Below are positions 17,859 to 27,654 of a stretch of DNA of 64,000 bases, one piece after another. The stretch is from sequence record SRR9188677_181. One strand, 5' to 3'. A model generated the notes under the pieces. That model had not been told where the DNA came from. It searched no databases and saw only the letters and a program-made list of their open reading frames with translations. How positions within the stretch are numbered: position 1 is the first letter of the stretch; the number at the start of each line of letters is the position of its first letter. Position numbers and translations under genes: made by a program.

Positions 17859-20665
17859 TATTTCAATTCACCATTAAATGTATAAACTTTCCCTTTTGTC
17901 GTTTGGAAATCAATTTCCTTCTTTCCGTATCTCAAATAACAATGTTCTCCTGCTTTTGAAAGAATTTTCAGGCTCGTCAACTTACCATTTTTCCAAATAA
18001 AATCTAATTCAAAACCACCTCTGGCTTTAATGCCTTTTACACTTCCTTCTTTTAAATCAGTGGGTAAAGCGGGAAAAATATCAATGTATTTGGTATGACT
18101 TTGTAAAAGCATTTCGGCAATACCAGCCGAACCACCAAAATTTCCATCAATCTGAAATGGCGGATGTGCATCAAATAAATTGACATAAGAACCGCCCGCA
18201 CCACTAGCAGGACGAATCAACATTTTTACCATTTTCATGGCATGGTCGCCATCTTTGAATCTTGCCCAAAAATTAATTTTCCAAGCTAAACTCCAGCCTG
18301 TTCCTTCGTCGCCACGATAAATTAAGGATTGTCTAGCCGCCTTCATTATTTCGGGAGATTCTTCCCAAGTAATATCATTGCCAGGATGCACGCCCCATAA
18401 ATGTGAAACATGACGATGTTTGTTGGTGGTATCGTCTTTGTCTTCCAACCATTCTTGCAATTGACCATATTTTCCAATTTGATTTGGTGCAATCTGTTTG
18501 TATTTTGTCAATAAAGTATCTCGAAATTTCTCGTCTAAATGCAATACTTTACTTGCCTCAATACAGTTTTTAAATAGATTTCTGATAATCTGATGATCCA
18601 TCGTTGGACCAGCCACCAAGCCACCATTTTCAGGAGAATTCGCTGGTGTACTGATTAACCAACCAGTTTTGGGGTCTTTTACCAGAAAATCAACAAAGAA
18701 TTCCGCCGCTCCTTTCATGATAGGATAAGCTTTGTTTTTTAGAAAATTTTTATCTTGGGTAAACAAATAATGTTCCCAAAGATGCTGACTCAACCACCCG
18801 CCACCACTTACCCAAATACCATGATTTGACGCATTAATAGGAGCAGTTCCACGCCAAATATCTGTATTATGATGCACCAACCAGCCACGTGCATCGTAAT
18901 GCGTTTTGGCAGTTTCTTTCCCATTTTTTGCCAACTCCTCAATCATCTTGAAAAGTGATTCGTGCATGGGCGAAAGATTGAGTACTTCGGCTGGCCAATA
19001 ATTCATTTCTGCATTGATGTTGGTGGTGTATTTACTTCCCCAAGGTGGCGTGAGTAAATCGTTCCAAATACCTTGTAAGTTAGCAGGATGCGTGTCTAAT
19101 CTAGAAGAAGAAATCAACAAATAGCGACCGTACTGCACATATAATGCTGCAAATGATGGGTCTGAATGATGTTGAAATTGTTGTATTCTTTCGTCTGTTG
19201 TAAGATTTTCGTACTTGTCTTTCACAAAATCAATTGAAAAAGTATTGTAATATTGTTGATACTCTTTTAAATGTTTTTGTTTGATTTTGGTAAAATTTTG
19301 CGAAGTAGCAAGCTTACTTTTTTGAATATTGGCTAGTCTTTGCTGACAAATGGCGAAAGGATTTCCCGAAGTGTTTTTATAATCAATAAAGTTTGTCGCA
19401 GCGACTAAATACAAGCTTACTTCGTCTGCATTCTCCACTGAAATTTTGTTATTTTCTGTCGAAATATTTCCGTTTTTTGCTTGAATCAATAAATTACTTT
19501 CTCCCTTTAACACACCATTTCTAACCGCTACCGATAAACTTAAAGTATGTTTGTCAACCTGACGAACAACATATTTTTTATGCGGACTGCTAAAACTTGC
19601 ATCAAAGCTGATACTTTTTAACTGACTGGCAGAAAGGTGAATAACGATAGCTTGGTCTGGTTCGCTGGCAAAGTATTCTCTGGTAAATTGAATGCCTTTT
19701 GAAGTATAAGTTGTTCTAACAATCGCTTCTGAAAGCGACAATTCACGTTTATAATTGGTGAAGTTTTGAAGTCCTTTAAAATCAAGAAACAAATCTCCAA
19801 AAGGCTGATAATCAGCCTGATATTTCCCAACGGCTGGTGGTTCATCGTTTTGAATAAAGTATTTCCAATCTTTTACCAAAGAAATTCTTTGTTCGCCATT
19901 TTCTTTGGCTGGATAAATTCCGATGTGGCGAGTTGTGTCTTTGTAGCCCGCAATTCCGCCTTTATCGAAATAATTTATTACTTGAATGGCGATGCTATTT
20001 TTCCCAACTTTTAATACTTCCGCAGGAATTACATACTTTCTGACATCTGTATTATTGGTACTTCCAATTAATTTTCCGTTGATATAAGTAAAATCTTGGT
20101 CACGGACTCTGTTTAAATCCAATGTCAAATTTTTACCTTTCCAGTTTTCAGGTAAATCAAAAGTTGTTCTGAACCAAAGTGCGCCGTCTAAACCTTCAAA
20201 ACCTACGGTTTCCCAACCTTCATAAGTTGGCACTTTAATTGTTTTCCAAGCTGAATCATCAAAGTTTTCTGCGGCTGGATTTCCCACAAAACCTTTTAAT
20301 TGACGAATTTCTGCTAACCATTCTTCACGTTTCCCTTCGTTACTTTTGGTTCCCATGAATTTTTCTTCCGCCAATTGTTCCGCTTCTTTTTGTTTCCCTT
20401 CTTGTAATAATTGTCGAATTTTACCTAAGTATTTAGCAGCGTCAGGATGGTTATAATTGCGTGGTTCGCCCGTCCAAAGCGTTTCTTCATTGAACTGAAT
20501 TCTGTCTTTTTCAACGCCTCCAAAAACCATTGCGCCAAGTCTTCCATTTCCAATTGGCAAAGCATCCGTCCATTTTTCCGCAGGCTTTTTGTACCAAAGT
20601 TTATAAGCTTGAGCATTGGTCAGCAATGGCAAAAAAATGAAAAGAGCAAGACTTTTTAAGTTCAT
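17858..20665 (-). CDS. GH95 alpha-L-fucosidase/alpha-L-galactosidase with an inserted jelly-roll domain
   Basis: ALPIGNGRLGAMVFGG, PANLQGIWN, YTTNINAEMNYWP, HRHVSHL and HPPFQIDGNFG; start 20665 or 20695. Confidence 0.9.
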   Translation of the reverse strand: MNLKSLALFIFLPLLTNAQAYKLWYKKPAEKWTDALPIGNGRLGAMVFGGVEKDRIQFNEETLWTGEPRNYNHPDAAKYLGKIRQLLQEGKQKEAEQLAEEKFMGTKSNEGKREEWLAEIRQLKGFVGNPAAENFDDSAWKTIKVPTYEGWETVGFEGLDGALWFRTTFDLPENWKGKNLTLDLNRVRDQDFTYINGKLIGSTNNTDVRKYVIPAEVLKVGKNSIAIQVINYFDKGGIAGYKDTTRHIGIYPAKENGEQRISLVKDWKYFIQNDEPPAVGKYQADYQPFGDLFLDFKGLQNFTNYKRELSLSEAIVRTTYTSKGIQFTREYFASEPDQAIVIHLSASQLKSISFDASFSSPHKKYVVRQVDKHTLSLSVAVRNGVLKGESNLLIQAKNGNISTENNKISVENADEVSLYLVAATNFIDYKNTSGNPFAICQQRLANIQKSKLATSQNFTKIKQKHLKEYQQYYNTFSIDFVKDKYENLTTDERIQQFQHHSDPSFAALYVQYGRYLLISSSRLDTHPANLQGIWNDLLTPPWGSKYTTNINAEMNYWPAEVLNLSPMHESLFKMIEELAKNGKETAKTHYDARGWLVHHNTDIWRGTAPINASNHGIWVSGGGWLSQHLWEHYLFTQDKNFLKNKAYPIMKGAAEFFVDFLVKDPKTGWLISTPANSPENGGLVAGPTMDHQIIRNLFKNCIEASKVLHLDEKFRDTLLTKYKQIAPNQIGKYGQLQEWLEDKDDTTNKHRHVSHLWGVHPGNDITWEESPEIMKAARQSLIYRGDEGTGWSLAWKINFWARFKDGDHAMKMVKMLIRPASGAGGSYVNLFDAHPPFQIDGNFGGSAGIAEMLLQSHTKYIDIFPALPTDLKEGSVKGIKARGGFELDFIWKNGKLTSLKILSKAGEHCYLRYGKKEIDFQTTKGKVYTFNGELK

Positions 20666-20688
20666 CAGTTTAGCGTTTGTGAGTAAAA

Positions 20689-20751
20689 AGTTCATGAGTT
20701 TAATGTTTATGAGTAGATTTTATTTACTCATAAACATTAAACTCATGAACT
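20689..20751. repeat. Long intergenic palindrome (27-bp perfect arms)
   Basis: AGTTCATGAGTTTAATGTTTATGAGTA-gattttatt-TACTCATAAACATTAAACTCATGAACT. Confidence 0.85.
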
Positions 20752-22298
20752 CATAAACTCCCTTCCAATTGTTTTAATTTTTTAGCTTTAGCTATTTGTT
20801 TTCCATCAACAAATGCCATGAAACCTTTTCCTTTTCCGTACTTTTTACCTGTTTTATCCCAAAGAATTGTCAGATTTTTTCCGTGATAAAAAACGTTGTC
20901 TAAACAAAACCAATCCCATTGTTTTTCAGAAATTAATGGCTTGATTTCAAGAACATTATCTGCTCTTGGTTTTAATCCAACCAAATCGTTAATAATCAAA
21001 TCTGCAAAGCTTGAATGATTGTAAAACTTACTTCTTGGATTATCACCTTTAAGCCATTCTCCATTTTTTTCATCCTGATATTCTCCCAAGTACAATCTGC
21101 CATTCATTTGATGCGAATTGGCATATTTGTATAATTCATCGTAAAAAACTTGGGCATTCATCGCTCCATGATTCTTATAATTTGTCAACAAATTCGATAA
21201 GCCTTTTAAGGTTTGGGTCGTGGCATAAGGCCAAAGTGGTCCGTCCCATTCGCAACCGTGACCAGAACCGTGTGTTCTAAATAATGGGTGACGACGTTCG
21301 GCAGTAGTAATTCCCCAAGGTGCTTTAAAACCCGTTGTATCAATCAATTGATTCCATGCTTTAGCGATATTCGCTTTATCATCTGGCAAATTAAAGTACC
21401 AAGGAATAAACCCAATAGCTTCACGAGCATCCGAAAATCCGTTTGTCTTTTCAAGTTTTACTTTGAAGAAAGCCGCTTTTTCATCCCAAAGATTATCAAT
21501 CGTCAATTTTCTGAGTTCCGTTGCTATTGCTTCATATTTTTGAGCTAAAGTATCATTCTGCACCAACTTCGCCATAGCCACCAATGCTTTTGCATTTCCA
21601 TACATATAACTATTGATGGTAGGACGAATATTTTTCTCTTTTCTGCCACCGCTGATAGATTCTTCCATCGCATCTTTTACATCAAATTGATAGAAAAGTT
21701 GATTGGGCAATTGCTTTTCTACTTCCCATTTTCTGTAATCGGCTTCTAAAGTCAAAAGATTTTTTTCGATAAAAGATTTATCTAAATTGACCAAATAACG
21801 ATTGTAAACCGCATCGTCAATCCAACTACTGAAACCATGAAAACGCTGAACAGTATGCTTCGGGTCAACATCTAACCAGAACGAAGTATATTCATTGATA
21901 TATTGCTGATTACGCAACCAACGCCCTTCGTAAATATGGTGTCCCAACGCACTACTTACAGCATTGTGCTTACCTGCGTGATTTACTTTGGTGATAAATT
22001 CTGTAAAAATAAAGCCATCGGACGTTTGTTTCAGATGCTTGCGCAATGCCCACCAACGATAATAATATACTTTTTGAATGACAGAATCTGGACATTCAAA
22101 AAGCGGAATATTTTGTGAAAGCCATTCAAAAGATTGGGCATTTGGCACAAAGTTTACGACTGCTTCGTCGTCTGAGGCGTTAAATTCTGTGACAAATTTT
22201 TTAAGTTTATCTGTCGATAAAATGCTTGATTTTTGTGCGAAAGTATTACTTATTACAAAGAGTAAAAGTATGGTGATAAAATGTGATTTATATTTCAT
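20751..22298 (-). CDS. GH142-like beta-L-arabinofuranosidase (six-hairpin/MGH1-like)
   Basis: NIPLFECP, YYYRWW.LRKH, DAMEESISGGR, RPTINSYMYGNAKAL, TTAERRHP, CEWDG and YNHSSF match my recollection of the C-terminal module of BT1020. Confidence 0.75.
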   Translation of the reverse strand: MKYKSHFITILLLFVISNTFAQKSSILSTDKLKKFVTEFNASDDEAVVNFVPNAQSFEWLSQNIPLFECPDSVIQKVYYYRWWALRKHLKQTSDGFIFTEFITKVNHAGKHNAVSSALGHHIYEGRWLRNQQYINEYTSFWLDVDPKHTVQRFHGFSSWIDDAVYNRYLVNLDKSFIEKNLLTLEADYRKWEVEKQLPNQLFYQFDVKDAMEESISGGRKEKNIRPTINSYMYGNAKALVAMAKLVQNDTLAQKYEAIATELRKLTIDNLWDEKAAFFKVKLEKTNGFSDAREAIGFIPWYFNLPDDKANIAKAWNQLIDTTGFKAPWGITTAERRHPLFRTHGSGHGCEWDGPLWPYATTQTLKGLSNLLTNYKNHGAMNAQVFYDELYKYANSHQMNGRLYLGEYQDEKNGEWLKGDNPRSKFYNHSSFADLIINDLVGLKPRADNVLEIKPLISEKQWDWFCLDNVFYHGKNLTILWDKTGKKYGKGKGFMAFVDGKQIAKAKKLKQLEGSL

Positions 22299-22312
22299 TA
22301 TTTGAACCTTTT

Positions 22313-22345
22313 AAACCTATAAGGTTTTAGAAACCTTATAGGTTT
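22313..22345. repeat. REP-like palindrome
   Basis: AAACCTATAAGGTTT-TAG-AAACCTTATAGGTTT, 15-bp perfect arms between co-oriented genes. Confidence 0.7.
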
Positions 22346-22358
22346 GAGATTAGATTAA

Positions 22359-25121
22359 TTACTCAAATAGCCAATCAATATTTTTCTTGTTTCCAGCTAA
22401 ACCTGTATCTGAAATTGGGATTTCTTGATTGCCTTTCATAAAACCTACAACCAAACAAGCTCCTTTTCCTAAATTCAATGTATGCGTGCCAGCTTTGAAA
22501 GAGTAAGCATGAATATTTACCGCTGGAAACCCTGCTATCAATACTGCGTTTGAAATCTTAATTTCCGACTGACCGTAATCATTAGCACTTGCATCTGTTT
22601 CTAATTCAGGTGCTTGCAAGAATTTACGATTTTTGTCATTGAAAAAACCTACTAAAAGTTTTACGGGTTCGGCAGTAGTAAATGTCAAACTTGTTCCAAC
22701 AGATTGTTGCTTTTTTCGGTTAAATTTCAAGCCTTTTAATTGCTTTAATTGAACGGCTAAATCAGTAATTGCCGATAAAGTATCTGTGAATACTTGTTGT
22801 CCTTTTTCGTTTTGATAAAAACCTTCAACACCAGCAGAAACTTTAACATCGACATTTTCAAAAAGTGTAGCTTGTTTTACAGTTACATTTTTTTGAGACT
22901 TCAGAGAATCAATTGAAAACTTAAAACGAGCTAATTCTTTTTGATACACTGGCAACATTTCTTCCCAATGAATAAAAGTAGCATCCACACCACGCATCGG
23001 AATTTTACGCTGTTTGGTTTGCATGCTGTTGGCATACAAATACGCATTTTTAGTATATTTTACTAAATCTGAAAAATGATTTACACTACTTTGTAAAAGC
23101 GGTAAAGCTTTTTCTAAATCCTTCACATCGTTTGAGTATTTATAACGAAGTATTGAAAGACTTGCTCTTACTTTTTCTGCATAAAAATTCGCCATTGCAT
23201 CGTAGCAATAAGTATCATTTTTCAAACGAGCGAATTCTGTTTTATCTTTCGTCACAAATTTGGCAGCTTTATCAATGGCTTCAACGGCTTTTTTACCATG
23301 TGCTACTACTTCATCTGCTACTCTTACAGGCGTTTCGCCAATGTGTTTTTCATTTTTCCATTCTTTTTCGGCATATTCTATAATCATTTCGCCTTCGGGT
23401 GCTTCCGATTCATACAACATCGTGAACAAACCATAACGGAAAGGATTTATGAATTGTGTCATCAACATTCCTAAAGTAAGTGTTTGGCGGTTTCCGTCAG
23501 TAATGCCATAGCGTCTAAGTAGCTTCGGAGAAATTTCTCCCGTTTCTTCCATCGCTGTCAAGACATTTTTGGCTTTTTCTTGCGGTAAACCGTACTTTTT
23601 CGCTAATTCTTTTCCCCAATAATTTACTTCATTTTCTCGTTTTCTGTTTGAATTCCAAGCATATCTTGCCCAAGTTTTGTACCACATCCAATCACGGTCA
23701 ATTTGCAGTAAACGCTTGTCTGCTTTATCAGCCGTAAATGGCCAATCCCAATAAGACGCTTGTGGGTATAAGTGCAAAGCATTGGCTTCATAAACACTGT
23801 GCATTGCCAAAACTGATTTCTGGATAAAGTCAGGCGAGCTATAACGGAAAGGCTCTAGGTTGGCTAAAATATGTACATTTTCTACGTGAACCGTTCCGAT
23901 TCTACTGAGTTTTCTATGCAATTCTGACCAAGAACCTCTTGGAGTATAAGTGGTCAACGCTTCTCCGTTGAATTTTGCCATTGTAAATAAATTCTTGTAA
24001 AGTGGCAATGCTTCTTTCATTACTCTCGGTGCATCGGTGTCGTGCGCACGCAAAACAATTGGCGGTTCTGTCGTTTGTCCGATTGCCTTCAAACCATCTT
24101 GCACACCCGGAATAATGGTTTTCGTAAACCAATCAACATCATCCTGACCAACGCCTTCCATCGCTTCGCCTAAAGTAATCAGCAAACCAACATTTGGATA
24201 TTTTTCAACAAAAGCAGCGATAGATTTACGAGTATAATCAGCAATGATGGGAATAATCGGACGGTTTCGGTCTTGTGTTTCAAGATTGTGTTTTTCAGCG
24301 AAAGGTTTCGGAATGATAATATTGTAAAACATTTGAATCACCCAAATGCCTCTTTTGTCGGCTTCTTGGGTTAGAAAACGGAAAATATCTTCATTCTTTT
24401 TGAAAGTTTCGTCATCAACTTCTACCGCATAAGGATACTCTTTTAATTTCACTAAAGATGAAAAAGGATGTCCATTCCATAAGTACAAAGAATTATAACG
24501 GTTTTCAACCATCATGTCCAAATACTGAATCCACATCGCTTTATCATAAAACCAAGGAAAACTTTCGGGCGTATAAGGATATTCGTAAGTTCCTCTTCCG
24601 GGCAATAAAGTCGTTTTCTGCAAACCGATACAAGTACCACGCAAAACCATTTCTGGTTGTTCGCTGATATTAATTTGTTCGGATAATTTCCCTGTTTCTT
24701 TAATTTGATTCACCAATTCCAAACAACCATACAAAACGCCAGAAGCATCTTTTCCAACAATCAACATAGGTTTATCGATTGCTTTTGAAATAGAGAATCC
24801 TTCTTTTTTTAAATCCTTTTTATTGTCAAGATTGTATAAAGAAAGAGTATTTTGAAGCTTTTCATCAGATAAAGTACTTATCACAATGACATTCCCAGTT
24901 TCTTTTGTATTTGAAACAGGTTTAATCTTTACTTCATAGCCAATTGTCGTTAAAGCCGAACGAAGTTTCTCTACACCAAATTTGATACGAATTTGACTAG
25001 AATCCGTTACTAAAATTGTAGCTAAACGTTTTTTTTGTGGAATTATCTCAGCGAATGTTATCGCACTGAAGCTACAGCAAATGAGCAGGTTAAGGATAAT
25101 ATATTTCAAAAACTTATTCAT
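22359..25121 (-). CDS. GH138-like alpha-D-galacturonidase
   Basis: Signal peptide; PEMVLRGTCIGLQK, YEYPYTPESFPWFYDK, LYLWNGHPF and LHLYPQASYWDWP resemble BT0997 as I recall it. Confidence 0.8.
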   Translation of the reverse strand: MNKFLKYIILNLLICCSFSAITFAEIIPQKKRLATILVTDSSQIRIKFGVEKLRSALTTIGYEVKIKPVSNTKETGNVIVISTLSDEKLQNTLSLYNLDNKKDLKKEGFSISKAIDKPMLIVGKDASGVLYGCLELVNQIKETGKLSEQINISEQPEMVLRGTCIGLQKTTLLPGRGTYEYPYTPESFPWFYDKAMWIQYLDMMVENRYNSLYLWNGHPFSSLVKLKEYPYAVEVDDETFKKNEDIFRFLTQEADKRGIWVIQMFYNIIIPKPFAEKHNLETQDRNRPIIPIIADYTRKSIAAFVEKYPNVGLLITLGEAMEGVGQDDVDWFTKTIIPGVQDGLKAIGQTTEPPIVLRAHDTDAPRVMKEALPLYKNLFTMAKFNGEALTTYTPRGSWSELHRKLSRIGTVHVENVHILANLEPFRYSSPDFIQKSVLAMHSVYEANALHLYPQASYWDWPFTADKADKRLLQIDRDWMWYKTWARYAWNSNRKRENEVNYWGKELAKKYGLPQEKAKNVLTAMEETGEISPKLLRRYGITDGNRQTLTLGMLMTQFINPFRYGLFTMLYESEAPEGEMIIEYAEKEWKNEKHIGETPVRVADEVVAHGKKAVEAIDKAAKFVTKDKTEFARLKNDTYCYDAMANFYAEKVRASLSILRYKYSNDVKDLEKALPLLQSSVNHFSDLVKYTKNAYLYANSMQTKQRKIPMRGVDATFIHWEEMLPVYQKELARFKFSIDSLKSQKNVTVKQATLFENVDVKVSAGVEGFYQNEKGQQVFTDTLSAITDLAVQLKQLKGLKFNRKKQQSVGTSLTFTTAEPVKLLVGFFNDKNRKFLQAPELETDASANDYGQSEIKISNAVLIAGFPAVNIHAYSFKAGTHTLNLGKGACLVVGFMKGNQEIPISDTGLAGNKKNIDWLFE

Positions 25122-25224
25122 AGAAATGAGTTGATGTATTGATAAAACGATTGGAGAGCTTTTGTATTTTTAAGAAAAATCTAATAAAGTATTAATAAAA
25201 TTCAACTTACCCAAAATAACGTTA

Positions 25225-25289
25225 CAAATTTATTGTTAAAGCTAGGGATTTTACTCTATCATTTTTTCTAACTATTGTACAATTTTATC
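25225..25289 (-). promoter_or_regulatory. PUL regulon promoter 2 (GH138 operon)
   Basis: + strand CAAATTTA-N22-TCTATCATTTTT-N6-TATTGTACAATTTTATC. Confidence 0.7.
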
Positions 25290-25395
25290 ATTTCTAAATG
25301 ACAATGATTTTTTGATAAAAAGATTTCAAATCTATCAAGAAAGAACTTTCAAGCACAAATATTCAATTGAAGTATTTCTATTGGGCATTGACAAT

Positions 25396-25425
25396 AAAAA
25401 AACGGACGAAAATTCGTCCGTTTTT
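25396..25425 (-). terminator. Intrinsic terminator after GH78
   Basis: AAAAACGGACGAA-AA-TTCGTCCGTTTTT hairpin with a U-tract on the minus strand, just after the stop at 25444. Confidence 0.8.
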
Positions 25426-25443
25426 AATCAATATTCCTAAATA

Positions 25444-27636
25444 TTATAACCCATAAAATACTTCGTAAGTCTTGCCTTTTTCAAGCGTTAACTCATATAA
25501 ATCATTTGCCAAAGCTTTGATTTCTCCATCTTTGCTGCTTGGCTTTATTTTACTTTTAAACCTTAAAGTTCCTACTCCAGCTGCACCAGTTACTTTGATT
25601 TGCTGCGTGCTACAATACACGTTTACATCGCCATCGGGTGTTGGTACTTTTCCTTCCATCCATTGCAAACCACCTAATTGTGGTTCTACTAAATAGGTTT
25701 TATATGCGGCAGAAGTAGGTTTTACGCCCAAGAAATATTTCCCTAACAAATAGATAGGACTTGCGCCCCAAGCATGACAAAGGCTTTTCCCAAACGGACG
25801 ACCATACATGGCATAATGTTCATCCCCTTTTTTGTTGGGATTGTATTCTTCCCAAAAAGATGTGGCACCTAAATTCAACATCCCTCCCCAATAATCTTTC
25901 ATTTCTTTTAATACATAACTTTGTTCGCCCAAAGCACAAAGTGCTTCTAACTCATAAAAACGCATATATGGTGTTGTAATTTTCTGAATTTTATCGTTCA
26001 AAAGTACATGTGTTTTAACATCTTGTTTTTTAGCTTCGTCGAGATAATTAAAGAAAATTGCAAACATATTGGCATAACGAGTTACGTTTTCGGTTTGCTT
26101 TCCATCCACTCGACTGTGTACCAAAGCATGTTTTTCGTTGTTCCAATAATTGGTGAAAAGTTTTGCTTTTAGTTCAGTTGCCAATTGTTTGTACTTTTCT
26201 TCATTTTTGGTATCGTTTACAATATTGGCACAAGTTGCCATCGTCTCTAAACTTCTCGCCAAAAGCAATTGCTCAAAACTTACTTCTCCTTTTTTACTTA
26301 AACCTTCTGCCCAGTCGATAAAAACCCAATCGCCAGTTAAGCCTTCCATCATTCCATTGCTATTTCTTCTTGACAAACAGTAATCCATCAAACTTTGCAT
26401 TCTAGGATAAAACTGTTGAATGAAAGTTTTATCGCCCGTATATTGGTAATAATCGTTGATACCGATAAACCAATAAAAGGTATAATCCATGATGGTATTG
26501 ATGTGACTTGTCACGGGGTCTTTTCCTCTGAGTGCCAATAAAGTACGAGTAACCGAAGGAGAATCGAACAATAAATAATAGTTCATCAAATAACTTTGAT
26601 AAGCATCGCCCGACCAAATCCAGCGGTCACGTTTGATTCCGTCAATGAAAAACTCACGAGTATTCAAATGAAAAGTATAATTTGAAACATCATAAATTTT
26701 ATTGATTTGTTCGTCAGAACAACGGAAACCGCCACGGTCGGCTACAGGTAAAAACTCATACAACATCGATACTCCATCAAGCGAAACGCCAGCCTCAAAT
26801 TGCACATTTACAAAACGAAAAGCTTTTGAAAGCTCCATCGTCATGTCTTTTTTCTTGGCTTCATTTACTTCAATTTCGTCTAACGTTTCGCAAGTTTCAG
26901 TCGCCAAAGCTTCTTCTTTAGACTCTCCATAGTAAATTTTCAGTTTTCCTTTTCCTTTTAAACCTTGCAATTTGATAAAACCAAAAGTCTCTTTACCAAA
27001 ATCCAATAAAAGGCTTTGGGCTTTTATTTCTGTTTTTACAGCTTGTTGAATTTTTGTGTCTAATTTGAATTTTGAAGGAGGTGTTAAAGCTGAATTAAAA
27101 TTCCAGAAACCAGCATTGAGCCATTTTGTACCAGATTGGTCAGACGCTTTTCCTGTTTCATCAATCCATTCTTTGTCTTCAAAAGTAACGAGCCAAGAAG
27201 CATCTGAAACCACTTTTTTGCCTTGCACAAAAATGGCAGGAACACGGTCTTGACAAAATACTTTTAAACTTACTTTATGTTTTCCAGCGGGTACAGTGAT
27301 TCTTTTCGGAAAACCAGCAATTGCTTTTCCATCAATTTTCACATTGAACTGTCCTTCTACAGCCAGTAAAACTTCTTCGGAAACGGGCAAATCAAAATCT
27401 TTATGAAAATCAACTAAATTATAATGACTGTCCAATTTCCAAAATGGCGGAAAAAACGAACCACGTTCTGTTCTTCTATTTTGCATTTTGTTACTCAACC
27501 AAACTTCAAAATCACCTGGATACCAAATCCAAGTAGCTTGATTTTGAGCCAAAGTAGGCGAACAAAAAGACAGGAATGTCAAGAAAGCTAATAGCTTTGT
27601 TTTCAAAGAGATTTTTGTGGAAAGTATTTTCATCAT
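25444..27636 (-). CDS. GH78 alpha-L-rhamnosidase (BT1001-like)
   Basis: WIWYPGDFEVWL, DFGKETFG, FFIDGIKRDRWIWSGD, GATSFWEEY and SLCHAWGASP. Confidence 0.9.
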   Translation of the reverse strand: MMKILSTKISLKTKLLAFLTFLSFCSPTLAQNQATWIWYPGDFEVWLSNKMQNRRTERGSFFPPFWKLDSHYNLVDFHKDFDLPVSEEVLLAVEGQFNVKIDGKAIAGFPKRITVPAGKHKVSLKVFCQDRVPAIFVQGKKVVSDASWLVTFEDKEWIDETGKASDQSGTKWLNAGFWNFNSALTPPSKFKLDTKIQQAVKTEIKAQSLLLDFGKETFGFIKLQGLKGKGKLKIYYGESKEEALATETCETLDEIEVNEAKKKDMTMELSKAFRFVNVQFEAGVSLDGVSMLYEFLPVADRGGFRCSDEQINKIYDVSNYTFHLNTREFFIDGIKRDRWIWSGDAYQSYLMNYYLLFDSPSVTRTLLALRGKDPVTSHINTIMDYTFYWFIGINDYYQYTGDKTFIQQFYPRMQSLMDYCLSRRNSNGMMEGLTGDWVFIDWAEGLSKKGEVSFEQLLLARSLETMATCANIVNDTKNEEKYKQLATELKAKLFTNYWNNEKHALVHSRVDGKQTENVTRYANMFAIFFNYLDEAKKQDVKTHVLLNDKIQKITTPYMRFYELEALCALGEQSYVLKEMKDYWGGMLNLGATSFWEEYNPNKKGDEHYAMYGRPFGKSLCHAWGASPIYLLGKYFLGVKPTSAAYKTYLVEPQLGGLQWMEGKVPTPDGDVNVYCSTQQIKVTGAAGVGTLRFKSKIKPSSKDGEIKALANDLYELTLEKGKTYEVFYGL

Positions 27637-27654
27637 TTTAAAATTGAATTTTCA

